In this document: piece after piece, positions 19,483-28,109 of the stretch
Numbering within the stretch: the stretch's first letter is position 1
How the letters are laid out: each line of letters begins with the position of its first letter
Origin: an uncultured Bacteroidota bacterium
GTDB taxonomy: Bacteria > Bacteroidota > Bacteroidia > Flavobacteriales > Flavobacteriaceae
Assembly (NCBI GenBank): GCA_902635965.1
Contig: CACPQA010000005.1
Span: 50,292 to 114,291 of the forward strand
Direction of reading: 5' to 3'
Length of the DNA stretch: 64,000 nt
Notes under the pieces: model-generated
The model's database searches: none
What the model was told of the DNA's origin: nothing
The model's input: the letters and a program-made list of their open reading frames with translations, nothing else
Program-made: the position numbers and the translations under genes

Positions 19483-19507
19483 AAAAAAAAAGCCGCTTAT
19501 GAGCGGC
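19483..19507 (-). terminator. Rho-independent terminator after gldN
   Basis: The minus strand reads gccgctc-ataa-gcggc followed by T9, about 20 nt after the gldN stop codon. Confidence 0.7.
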
Positions 19508-19527
19508 ATTAATAATTTAAAATCTAA

Positions 19528-20418
19528 TTAATTGTTCCACATATCTTGTTCAAAATCGCGAATAACTGATTTGATTCTTTCTGATTCCAAAAGTTGTTGT
19601 AAAGCATCCTCGAAAATATATTCATCAATTAATCTATCTTCATAAACATTTTCTTCCTTGTAAATAATTGAATTGAATCTTCTTGAATTCAACATATGAT
19701 CATATGTTATGGGCTGGGATGAATTTCTAGTGTTAAATACAGTTGAAGTATTTAATGACTGTCTGGCATCGGGAAACCAAATCCAAAATAATTCAACTAA
19801 GTCCTGTTCTGCCTCAGGTTTATCCAACGTATAAACATCAGGAGCAACAGGAGCTAGACCGAGCATCCTATATTTTAATTCACCTTGCCTCTTATTGAAG
19901 TACCAAGTTCCTTTAACTCTGTATTGCCTAATCTCTCTTGCAGTTATATTTCTTCTGTTCACATATTGAGGATCAAGTGCTTCGCCGGCATTTAATTGCT
20001 CAAATCCTGCATCCAGAGTGTCAATTGAAACTAGTTTGTCCAAAATTTCACGATAGGTTAATTTAATTTGAAAATAATCGTCATCATAAACTTCCTTTAT
20101 GTTACCACTTCTCAAATTATTTTTCAAAATGTGAAATAAAGATCTTCTGTCAGGACCAAGATTTAATGTATCCGTAGGATAATAATAAGGAAAATTTATT
20201 CTCTCATCAAGATCAATTATTTCCCAAACTGTTTTAGACCACAGAACATCCCTATCATCTATGAAACCGTATTCTAGGGGCTCTTCATCATTAGACTCAA
20301 CTTGTTTTTCATTTAGTTGGCCAATATCCTGTGGAACTCTGGCATTTAAAAGATTTGCTTGAGAATGCAAACTCAAATTAAATAAAATGAAAGACAAGAA
20401 AAGAAGATAAATTTTCAT
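19528..20418 (-). CDS. gldN: Gliding motility / T9SS protein GldN
   Basis: 296 aa with a signal peptide. It is the fourth gene of a K-L-M-N series with 6-nt gaps. Sequence (DDRDVLWSKTVWEIIDLDERINFPYYYP...DRRSLFHIL) matches my memory of GldN. Confidence 0.85.
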   Translation of the reverse strand: MKIYLLFLSFILFNLSLHSQANLLNARVPQDIGQLNEKQVESNDEEPLEYGFIDDRDVLWSKTVWEIIDLDERINFPYYYPTDTLNLGPDRRSLFHILKNNLRSGNIKEVYDDDYFQIKLTYREILDKLVSIDTLDAGFEQLNAGEALDPQYVNRRNITAREIRQYRVKGTWYFNKRQGELKYRMLGLAPVAPDVYTLDKPEAEQDLVELFWIWFPDARQSLNTSTVFNTRNSSQPITYDHMLNSRRFNSIIYKEENVYEDRLIDEYIFEDALQQLLESERIKSVIRDFEQDMWNN

Positions 20419-20424
20419 GTAAAA

Positions 20425-22008
20425 TTAATTTACTAATTCACAAATAACGGGAGAAACCTTTTTGAACCTATAACTAGGGTTAGAAGGATTTTGAACTTTA
20501 ATATCAAAAATTTGAACATTCGATCCAACTTTTGCTCTCCTTAGGGCTGTCTTTGCCTTATTGTCTAATTTGTTTCCGTTTACAGAAATAGTTGCTTGAC
20601 CTGGAACTTTAAATTTAAAACTTACTGTTCTAAGTTTTATGTCAAAATCGAAATCGTCAAGAATTGCTCCAATTGTTGCAATTGATAAATTATTTTTTGG
20701 AATTTTTATGTCACCTGACTGACCACGTACAGTCCCTGTCGGTCTTGGAATGTCTTTAATTCTAAATTTTGTATTAGTATTTATACTTTGTCCATCGGGT
20801 AAAGTGGCTCCTGCTCTTATAGTTACTTCTCGTCCTTTTCCAGGAGTCATAACATACTTACTTCCTCTAACTCTTTTAAGCCCGGGTGCAGATGCCCTAA
20901 TTTTATTATCTGCAATACCTGGTATTGAAATAGTCATTGGGTTTTCAACACCTCTATAAACAACATTCATTTTATCAGCAGAAATAACTGCAGAATTAGG
21001 TTTTGCAATAACAGCAAATGATTGATCTACAGGAATCCTTGATTCTTCACCTTCATTAAGAAAAACTAAATTACCTTCAATTTTTCTGTCACCAGGCCTA
21101 CCTGAGCTAATATTTAATTTAACTCCACCCGGTATTTTTTCAAATTCATTTTCATCTAATTTTCTTCCATCTAGGGTAAGTTCAACGCTGTTAGGATTTT
21201 GAGCCCCACCTTTTCGTCCAAGAACTACACTTCCATCAAACTTTTCTCCTTGATAGTAAGCTCCCTTGTCAGCCTTTAGAAGAGTGATGTAATTTGATGT
21301 ATTAACTTTACTTTCAATTTCAAGTTCTTTACCAAGTAAAGCATTTAAAACATCACTTTCAGTAAGTCTTATATCATTTTGCATCATTGTCAGTTTTGCT
21401 AATGATGAAATCAATGGAAATCCTTCATAATTAGCCTGAAGCCATGACTGCTTTGTGCCGTCTCTTGTTTCAACCATATCTTCTAAATCACCTGTATTGA
21501 ACCTTTCTTCAACAAGTTCAGTGTATCTGGGAAATTTAGATGCAAATACTTGAATTACATGAGCTTTATAGGATCTAATCATTTCTAGAAATTTGGTTCC
21601 TTCTTCTGATATTCCATTTGCATCAAAGAAAATCAAATCTAACTCTTCGCCTTTGTCCATTCTTGAATATTCGACAAGGTCAGGGTCATCCACTCTTTGT
21701 TTTTCAGTTATTTGGTCCTTAATCGCCTGTATTTTATTGTAAAATTCATTTGCTTCTTTTTTAATTTCAACAGCTATTCTATTGTTATCTATCCACTTAC
21801 CTTCCTTTTCCTTAGCATTCACTTCAATCTTATTGTAATAGATATCATTACTTTGATCTACTCTATCGTTCGCGCTTGCTATTTTTTTAAACATTTGTCC
21901 AAAACCATCAAGGACTTCCTTACTAACATTAAGGGCCAGCATAGTAATAAACACTAAATACATCAGAGCTATAAGCTTCTGACGTGGGGTTTCTTTCGCT
22001 CCTGCCAT
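20425..22008 (-). CDS. gldM: Gliding motility / T9SS protein GldM
   Basis: The N-terminus MAGAKETPRQKLIALMYLVFITMLALNVSKEVL is the canonical GldM start with a single TM helix. 527 aa. Confidence 0.9.
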   Translation of the reverse strand: MAGAKETPRQKLIALMYLVFITMLALNVSKEVLDGFGQMFKKIASANDRVDQSNDIYYNKIEVNAKEKEGKWIDNNRIAVEIKKEANEFYNKIQAIKDQITEKQRVDDPDLVEYSRMDKGEELDLIFFDANGISEEGTKFLEMIRSYKAHVIQVFASKFPRYTELVEERFNTGDLEDMVETRDGTKQSWLQANYEGFPLISSLAKLTMMQNDIRLTESDVLNALLGKELEIESKVNTSNYITLLKADKGAYYQGEKFDGSVVLGRKGGAQNPNSVELTLDGRKLDENEFEKIPGGVKLNISSGRPGDRKIEGNLVFLNEGEESRIPVDQSFAVIAKPNSAVISADKMNVVYRGVENPMTISIPGIADNKIRASAPGLKRVRGSKYVMTPGKGREVTIRAGATLPDGQSINTNTKFRIKDIPRPTGTVRGQSGDIKIPKNNLSIATIGAILDDFDFDIKLRTVSFKFKVPGQATISVNGNKLDNKAKTALRRAKVGSNVQIFDIKVQNPSNPSYRFKKVSPVICELVN

Positions 22009-22014
22009 AATTTC

Positions 22015-22656
22015 TTAATTTTTATTCATCGCAGAGAGCATCCCCTTATAAACTTGGTTAAGGGAGGCTAGATTCTCGGATAAAGATTGCATTTGGCTCC
22101 TCAATAACTCAGCGTTTTCGGCAACTTGTTCATTGTAATTATTGTGTTGCCCAGCATTTTTAACTTGAGAAGCATATAATTGGTTTAAGGATTGTAATTG
22201 TCCAGCAGCTTTGTTTAGTTCTTCAGCGTAATTTTGAGAAGATGCTGCAGCATCTGAAGCAGGTGATAAAGCACTTGCTGTATTTTCAAGATTTTGAATA
22301 CTTTTGGTTAGACCACTCACTAAGCCTACATCTAACTTAGCCTCTCTAAGGATTGTATCTATTTTAGAACTAAGTCCTTCATCTTTTGACCCAGACCCTG
22401 AGCTTCCACCAGAGTGTTTACTAACATATTCATCTTGTTCTTCTTTTACATCATCCAGCATAATTCCACCTACAAAGAAAATTATGGCTTCAGTACCTAA
22501 CCCTAAACCTAAAACTACACCTCCTGTAATTGGCCCAATTTCTAGGTGGAGTATTTTAAATAAAGCTCCTAAAATAACTACAGCTCCTCCGATTTGAAAA
22601 AGCATGTGCATGATAATTTTCCTTCTTAATCTTCCTTTTAATTGTTTTGCATCCAT
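22015..22656 (-). CDS. gldL: Gliding motility / T9SS protein GldL
   Basis: 213 aa. Two N-terminal TM helices (GGAVVILGALFKILH...) followed by a coiled-coil-like cytoplasmic tail. Positioned between gldK and gldM. Confidence 0.85.
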   Translation of the reverse strand: MDAKQLKGRLRRKIIMHMLFQIGGAVVILGALFKILHLEIGPITGGVVLGLGLGTEAIIFFVGGIMLDDVKEEQDEYVSKHSGGSSGSGSKDEGLSSKIDTILREAKLDVGLVSGLTKSIQNLENTASALSPASDAAASSQNYAEELNKAAGQLQSLNQLYASQVKNAGQHNNYNEQVAENAELLRSQMQSLSENLASLNQVYKGMLSAMNKN

Positions 22657-22692
22657 TTTGTTTAATTTAAGTATTCTTTAAAGATAAAATTT

Positions 22693-24066
22693 TTATTTTA
22701 TTTTTATTTTTTCTGATCCCAAATAATCTTGCACGGTTCTAAATCCGATATAACTTCTTGCTGTATCCTGATATTCATAATCCCTTGAGCTAACACGTAA
22801 AAAATAAGCTACATCTTTCCAAGAACCTCCTCTTACAACTTTTCTTTTCTCATCATTCAATGACATATTCGGATTTAATGATGATACATATTCATAAGCT
22901 CCAGGGTCATACGAAGACTCTGTCCATTCAGCTACATTTCCAGCCATGTTATATAAATTATAATCATTGGGTAAGAATGATTTCGCTTCAACAGCGTACA
23001 TTGCTTGGTCAGATGAATAATCTCCTCTCAAGGGCTTAAAGTTTGCTAAAAAACATCCTCTATCATTGAGCAAATATGGTGATCCCCAAGGATAAGTTCC
23101 TGCAGGAATTCCACCTCTTGCAGCATATTCCCATTCTGCCTCGGTTGGTAGTCTGAAGTTGTTTACTAGTGGTTTATTCTTTTCCTTTTGATAAGAGTTC
23201 TTATAGTGGGTTCTCCAATTACAAAATGCGACAGCTTGTTTCCATGAAATTCCTACAACTGGATAGTCTTGATATGCAGGATGAGAAAAATAATCGTTAT
23301 GCATTGGTTCATTGTATGAATAATTAAAGTCCTTGATCCATACTGTTGTATCAGGATATATTTCAATTTCCTCTTTCTTTATGAATGGAAGTCTGTCCCT
23401 TGACTGGGGATTTTTAGCTCTTTCAGCTGATGCGGCTTCGGCATCAAACCAAGAGTATTTATAAATTAATTTATTAACGTCTATTTTCATTTCACCATTA
23501 TACCACACCTCAGGGGGTAAATAAAGACTATCCATTACTTCCACATATGCTTCATCAACATAACTATTAGGATCCCACTCAAGAGTTTGGTCCCAGTTCA
23601 AAGGCCTTCCAGCATAGGGATCATCTGATAAATCGTAATAATTTTCTCTCATATATTTTTGGAATGGCGACTGGTCGGCTGTATCAGCGTCTTTAAATGC
23701 ATACTCACCTATTCCTTCAGCAGAGGCTTCCTCTCCTTGGTTTAGCTCATCAGATTTTCTTGCTAACATAGCTAATGCAATAGAATCCCTGACCCAATGA
23801 ACAAATTGTCTGTACTCACTATTTGTAATTTCAGTTTCATCCATGTAGAATGATCGAACAGTAACAGTTTTCGCAGTTGCATTTTTGAGCTGAGCAATAT
23901 CATCATCTTGTTTACCCATAATAAATGCACCTCCCTCAACTAACGTCATTCCGTATGGCTTTTCAGGAAACCATTTTTTTTGTTTAACGCCAATTAACTC
24001 TCCCCTTTTGTTTCCACAACTTAAGGACATAAAAATAGATAGTATAAAAAATAAATATTTTTTCAT
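22693..24066 (-). CDS. gldK: Gliding motility / T9SS lipoprotein GldK (FGE-sulfatase fold)
   Basis: Lipobox MSLSC-GN. SUMF1/FGE-like motifs (TVRSFYMDETEITNSEYRQF, FRLPTEAEWEYAARGG, NMAGNVAEWT, RGGSW, GFR). First gene of the K-L-M-N series. Confidence 0.9.
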   Translation of the reverse strand: MKKYLFFILSIFMSLSCGNKRGELIGVKQKKWFPEKPYGMTLVEGGAFIMGKQDDDIAQLKNATAKTVTVRSFYMDETEITNSEYRQFVHWVRDSIALAMLARKSDELNQGEEASAEGIGEYAFKDADTADQSPFQKYMRENYYDLSDDPYAGRPLNWDQTLEWDPNSYVDEAYVEVMDSLYLPPEVWYNGEMKIDVNKLIYKYSWFDAEAASAERAKNPQSRDRLPFIKKEEIEIYPDTTVWIKDFNYSYNEPMHNDYFSHPAYQDYPVVGISWKQAVAFCNWRTHYKNSYQKEKNKPLVNNFRLPTEAEWEYAARGGIPAGTYPWGSPYLLNDRGCFLANFKPLRGDYSSDQAMYAVEAKSFLPNDYNLYNMAGNVAEWTESSYDPGAYEYVSSLNPNMSLNDEKRKVVRGGSWKDVAYFLRVSSRDYEYQDTARSYIGFRTVQDYLGSEKIKIK

Positions 24067-24155
24067 ATTTGTTAACCTAACGTTTAGATTTCGATATTAT
24101 TTTGTAATATTTATACATATTATATGTTACAAAGATAAGATTCAATTATAAAATA

Positions 24156-25304
24156 TCAACTTCGTTTAGTTGCTTTCCACCATCTATCTGATAAAATATC
24201 ATTACATGCATCTAAATAATCTTGATATGTGCATGATAATAACGCAGATGATTTTGTTTTATTATCTATATAATTTTTATTACCTATTTCCATCCACCAT
24301 CTGCCACTTTTAATACTCTTATAGAATATCATTTCCCTATCAGACATTGATACGTTGTATTTTTTAAACCCATGGCTTAATTCAATAGGGTATTCGTCAA
24401 ACCTGCATTGAAAACCCTCTATAAAATACCACAATACTTCTGAAAAAAGCTTTAAGAAAAAGGAGTTGTTTGGTAAATCAAAATATCCGACAATGGATAA
24501 TCTATCGCTTACACCTGCATAGCGAGACATAGTACATATCGCTCTAGAGTCAAGACCGTTGGGCATGCCCTCTAAAAAACTTCCATCTGCAATAGAATTT
24601 AATGCTTTCATGTCAAAACTCACGATGTCAGCTTCTCTAAAAACTGGTTCGGTTATTTTTAAATCATTTAGTACCTCACCTAATCTATAAGCATCAAAAA
24701 AAAGTTTATCCATTAAATCTAGTTCCTCCTGAGCAATCAAATATGTTTGATACCCTAAATTGGTGAAATTATTAAGTCTACTCGGAGATTTAGTGATGAT
24801 ATCGTTCATATATGATCTGCTTGAAATTAAATTTTCACCTTGAGAAAAATCAAAACGATTGTCAACAGATACAATATTTATTAATTTATCAAATTTTAAA
24901 AATGATTCATATAATGATATGGTCAAGTCTTGGCTTCCCCCAATAATAACTGGCTTTATATTATTTTGCATTAACTCGCTACATATTTCACTCAGAGCAA
25001 AATATGTGTCCTCCACATTCTTACCAGATGGCAGATCTCCAAGATCTGCTATTTTAAAATTCCAATTTCCAGGATAAAGTTTATAAAATTCCTTCCTGAA
25101 TTTGTTGCTATCAAATTGTGTGATTTTATAGTAACTATTTCTAGTCTCATTTATAAAAACTATACAAATTTTAATCTCTGAAATGTCTGGTATACCCGAC
25201 TTTTCTGTGAAAATTTCAATATTTTTTCCTAAAACATGATCTGGAAGCCCTTCAATAGTCTCCAAAACCTCCACAGAGACAGGTTCTAAATATTCCAAAC
25301 TCAT
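24156..25304 (-). CDS. Arginase/formiminoglutamase-fold protein with apparently degenerate metal-ligand motifs
   Basis: 382 aa. Has ureohydrolase-like blocks, but they read VIIGGSQDLT, IVSVDNRFDF and DIVSFDMKALN where I expect GGDHS, DAHxD and SxDxDxxDP. Its start codon overlaps the topA stop (TAATG). Confidence 0.6.
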   Translation of the reverse strand: MSLEYLEPVSVEVLETIEGLPDHVLGKNIEIFTEKSGIPDISEIKICIVFINETRNSYYKITQFDSNKFRKEFYKLYPGNWNFKIADLGDLPSGKNVEDTYFALSEICSELMQNNIKPVIIGGSQDLTISLYESFLKFDKLINIVSVDNRFDFSQGENLISSRSYMNDIITKSPSRLNNFTNLGYQTYLIAQEELDLMDKLFFDAYRLGEVLNDLKITEPVFREADIVSFDMKALNSIADGSFLEGMPNGLDSRAICTMSRYAGVSDRLSIVGYFDLPNNSFFLKLFSEVLWYFIEGFQCRFDEYPIELSHGFKKYNVSMSDREMIFYKSIKSGRWWMEIGNKNYIDNKTKSSALLSCTYQDYLDACNDILSDRWWKATKRS

Positions 25305-27775
25305 TACTTTATTTTTTTCTTCGATTTACTTGATTTATTATCACTAATAATCTTTTTGATTTCATCAAGTGAAAGTTTTGTGGGTTCAGAATCTTTGGAT
25401 AACTCAACAAATCCTTTTTCATGAATAATTTTAAAGCGTCCCCACCTAGCTTTTTCAATCTTGATATTTTCAGCTTCCCAAACTTTGATCACCTTTTCTT
25501 CTTCCTTTTTTAACTTATCTTCAATTAAAACCTCGATGTCTAATTGAGACAAATTTTCAAAATCAAATTTATTGTTTACATTAATGAATAAGTTGTTCCA
25601 TTTAATAAATGGACCGAATCTTCCCTTTCCTTTAGTTACTGGATAATTTTTGTATTCGTGAATAGGCATGTTGGCTTTTTCTTTCTCTTTTATTAAATCA
25701 ATTGCCATTTCAATATCTATTTCAAACGGTGAAATATTTTTTGGAATTGAAACAAAAGAGTCAGCGTATTTAATATACGGACCAAATCTTCCGTTGTTAG
25801 CAGTAATTTCATTCCCATTAAAATCACCGACTTTTCTTGGTAATTTAAAAAGCATTAGGGCTTCATCTATTGAAATCTTTTCAAGGTTTTGATTCGGCTG
25901 AAGGCTAGCATAGACAGGTTTTTCTTCGTCGTCTACTACCCCAATTTGAGCGATTGGACCAAATTTACCTAATCTAACCTTTACAATTCTACCAGTTTTT
26001 GGATCTTTTCCTAAAATTCTTTCTCCTGATTCTCTACTTGCATTTTCTTTGACATCCTCTACAACAGGTTGGAATTTAGTATAAAATTTTTCAATCATCT
26101 TACTCCAATCCTCATTTCCGTCAGCAATTTTATCGAAATTCTTTTCAACGAGTGCAGTAAAATTATAACTTAAAATTTCCTCAAAATTGTTAACTAAAAA
26201 GTCATTTACAATAATCCCAATATCAGAGGGAAGTAATTTCCCTTTCTCGGATGAAACTCTTTCAACTGAAATTGAAGAGCTAATTTTTTCATTTTGCAAT
26301 TTTATTTTTTGATAATCCCTTTCAACACCTTCGTTCTCACCCTTGAAAACATAACCCCTTGCTTGTATAGTTGATATAGTTGGGGCATATGTTGAAGGTC
26401 TACCAATTCCCAATTCTTCTAACTTTCTAACTAAAGAGGCCTCTGTGAATCTAGATGGGGGTCTTGTGAATCTTTGAGTTGATTCCATAAAATTTAAACT
26501 TAACGTATTTCCAATTTTTGCATCCGGTAAAATTCCTTGAACTTTTTCCTCTTCTTCATCTAGACCCTCGAGATAAACCTTTAAAAATCCATCAAAAATC
26601 AAAATTTCCCCTTTTGCTACAAACAAGTTTTCGTAAATGTTTGAACCAACCTTTAGTGTAGTTCTCTCAAGTTTAGCTTGACTCATTTGTGATGAAATTG
26701 TTCTTTTCCAAATCAATTCATATAATCTTTTTTGATCATAATCAGCAGTTATGTTTTGAATTTTTAAATTGGTTGGCCTTATAGCTTCGTGTGCCTCTTG
26801 AGCGTTAGTGCTTTTGTTTTTGTAATCTTTTCCGTTATAATACTCATCACCAAATCGTCTTAAAATTTCATCTTTTGCCTGAGACTTGGCCTCATCTGAT
26901 AGGTTAACGCTGTCGGTTCGCATATAAGTAATCAGTCCAGATTCATAAAGTCTTTGTGCTAATGTCATTGTTTTACTTACAGAAAAAGAAAGTTTTCTTG
27001 ATGCCTCTTGTTGCAAAGTAGAAGTTGTAAATGGAGCAGCAGGACTTTTAAGAGCAGGTTTTGTAGTTCTTGAAACGATACTAAATTTGGATTTGATGTT
27101 TTTATTTAAAAATTCTTTAACTTCTTCATGAGTTTTAAAATCAGCTTCAAGGGTTGCTTTAAATTTTTTTCCATCCAAGGTTCTAAATTCAGCATTAGTT
27201 TTATAAAAATCTGATGCTGAAAAAGAATTTACTTCTCTTTCACGTTCTACAATTAACCTAACCGAAACTGATTGCACTCTTCCTGCTGATAAACCTCCTT
27301 TAATTTTTTTCCATAAGACCGGAGAAAGTTGATATCCAACCAATCTGTCTAAAACTCTTCTAGCTTGTTGAGCGTTAACTAAGTCATAATTTATTTTTCT
27401 TGGATTCTCAATTGCATCCAAAATTGCTTTCTTGGTTATTTCATGAAAAACAATCCTTTTGGTTTTTTTGTCATCTAGTTTTAATGCATTTGATAAATGC
27501 CAAGCAATAGCTTCACCTTCTCTGTCTTCATCACTAGCCAACCAAACAAATTCAGCTTTTTTAGCTAGACTTGTTAAATTCGCAACAATTTTCTTCTTAT
27601 CACTAGAGACAATGTATTTGGGCTGAAATCCTTTTTCAATATTCACTCCGAGTTCTTTGGAGGGTAAATCGACTATATGGCCGTAACAAGATGTAACTTT
27701 AAAGTTAGACCCTAAAAATCTTTCAATAGTTTTTGCTTTCGCCGGGGATTCAACTATAACTAAATTTTTAGACAT
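25304..27775 (-). CDS. topA: DNA topoisomerase I
   Basis: 823 aa. TOPRIM start MSKNLVIVESPAKAKTIERFLG. DEDREGEAI. Active-site region LITYMRTDS. C-terminal repeated GRFGPY/GKFGP motifs. Confidence 0.95.
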   Translation of the reverse strand: MSKNLVIVESPAKAKTIERFLGSNFKVTSCYGHIVDLPSKELGVNIEKGFQPKYIVSSDKKKIVANLTSLAKKAEFVWLASDEDREGEAIAWHLSNALKLDDKKTKRIVFHEITKKAILDAIENPRKINYDLVNAQQARRVLDRLVGYQLSPVLWKKIKGGLSAGRVQSVSVRLIVEREREVNSFSASDFYKTNAEFRTLDGKKFKATLEADFKTHEEVKEFLNKNIKSKFSIVSRTTKPALKSPAAPFTTSTLQQEASRKLSFSVSKTMTLAQRLYESGLITYMRTDSVNLSDEAKSQAKDEILRRFGDEYYNGKDYKNKSTNAQEAHEAIRPTNLKIQNITADYDQKRLYELIWKRTISSQMSQAKLERTTLKVGSNIYENLFVAKGEILIFDGFLKVYLEGLDEEEEKVQGILPDAKIGNTLSLNFMESTQRFTRPPSRFTEASLVRKLEELGIGRPSTYAPTISTIQARGYVFKGENEGVERDYQKIKLQNEKISSSISVERVSSEKGKLLPSDIGIIVNDFLVNNFEEILSYNFTALVEKNFDKIADGNEDWSKMIEKFYTKFQPVVEDVKENASRESGERILGKDPKTGRIVKVRLGKFGPIAQIGVVDDEEKPVYASLQPNQNLEKISIDEALMLFKLPRKVGDFNGNEITANNGRFGPYIKYADSFVSIPKNISPFEIDIEMAIDLIKEKEKANMPIHEYKNYPVTKGKGRFGPFIKWNNLFINVNNKFDFENLSQLDIEVLIEDKLKKEEEKVIKVWEAENIKIEKARWGRFKIIHEKGFVELSKDSEPTKLSLDEIKKIISDNKSSKSKKKIK

Positions 27776-28109
27776 TATTTAATAATTTGAGAAGACAAAA
27801 GTATATTATTTTTTTGTTTTAAGTTTTAAGGTAAAAATTAGGTTATTAATTAAAGTGGACAAATAGTAGTTTTTTTTTCCTTTCCTAAAGGTAAACTGAC
27901 ATTTTGTCTGTTATTTATTATATTTGTATTTGAACAAATAAAATAACTAAGAAAATGAAATTGTTTTAAAGTTATTTTAAATATTTTTTTGACATATTTA
28001 CATAAAAGCACTTTGTGCTTAAGGTGAGATAATATTTATTAAGAGATAAACTTTAGGTACTAGTTCTAAATTTATTAATGAAAAATTTTAAAATTTATTT
28101 AATATTAGG

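Noticed and set aside
22304-22597. 97-aa Pro/Ser-rich plus-strand ORF antisense to gldL
   Set aside because: It is a compositional artefact of the Gly/Ala/Ser-rich gldL segment. No start context or recognisable domain.
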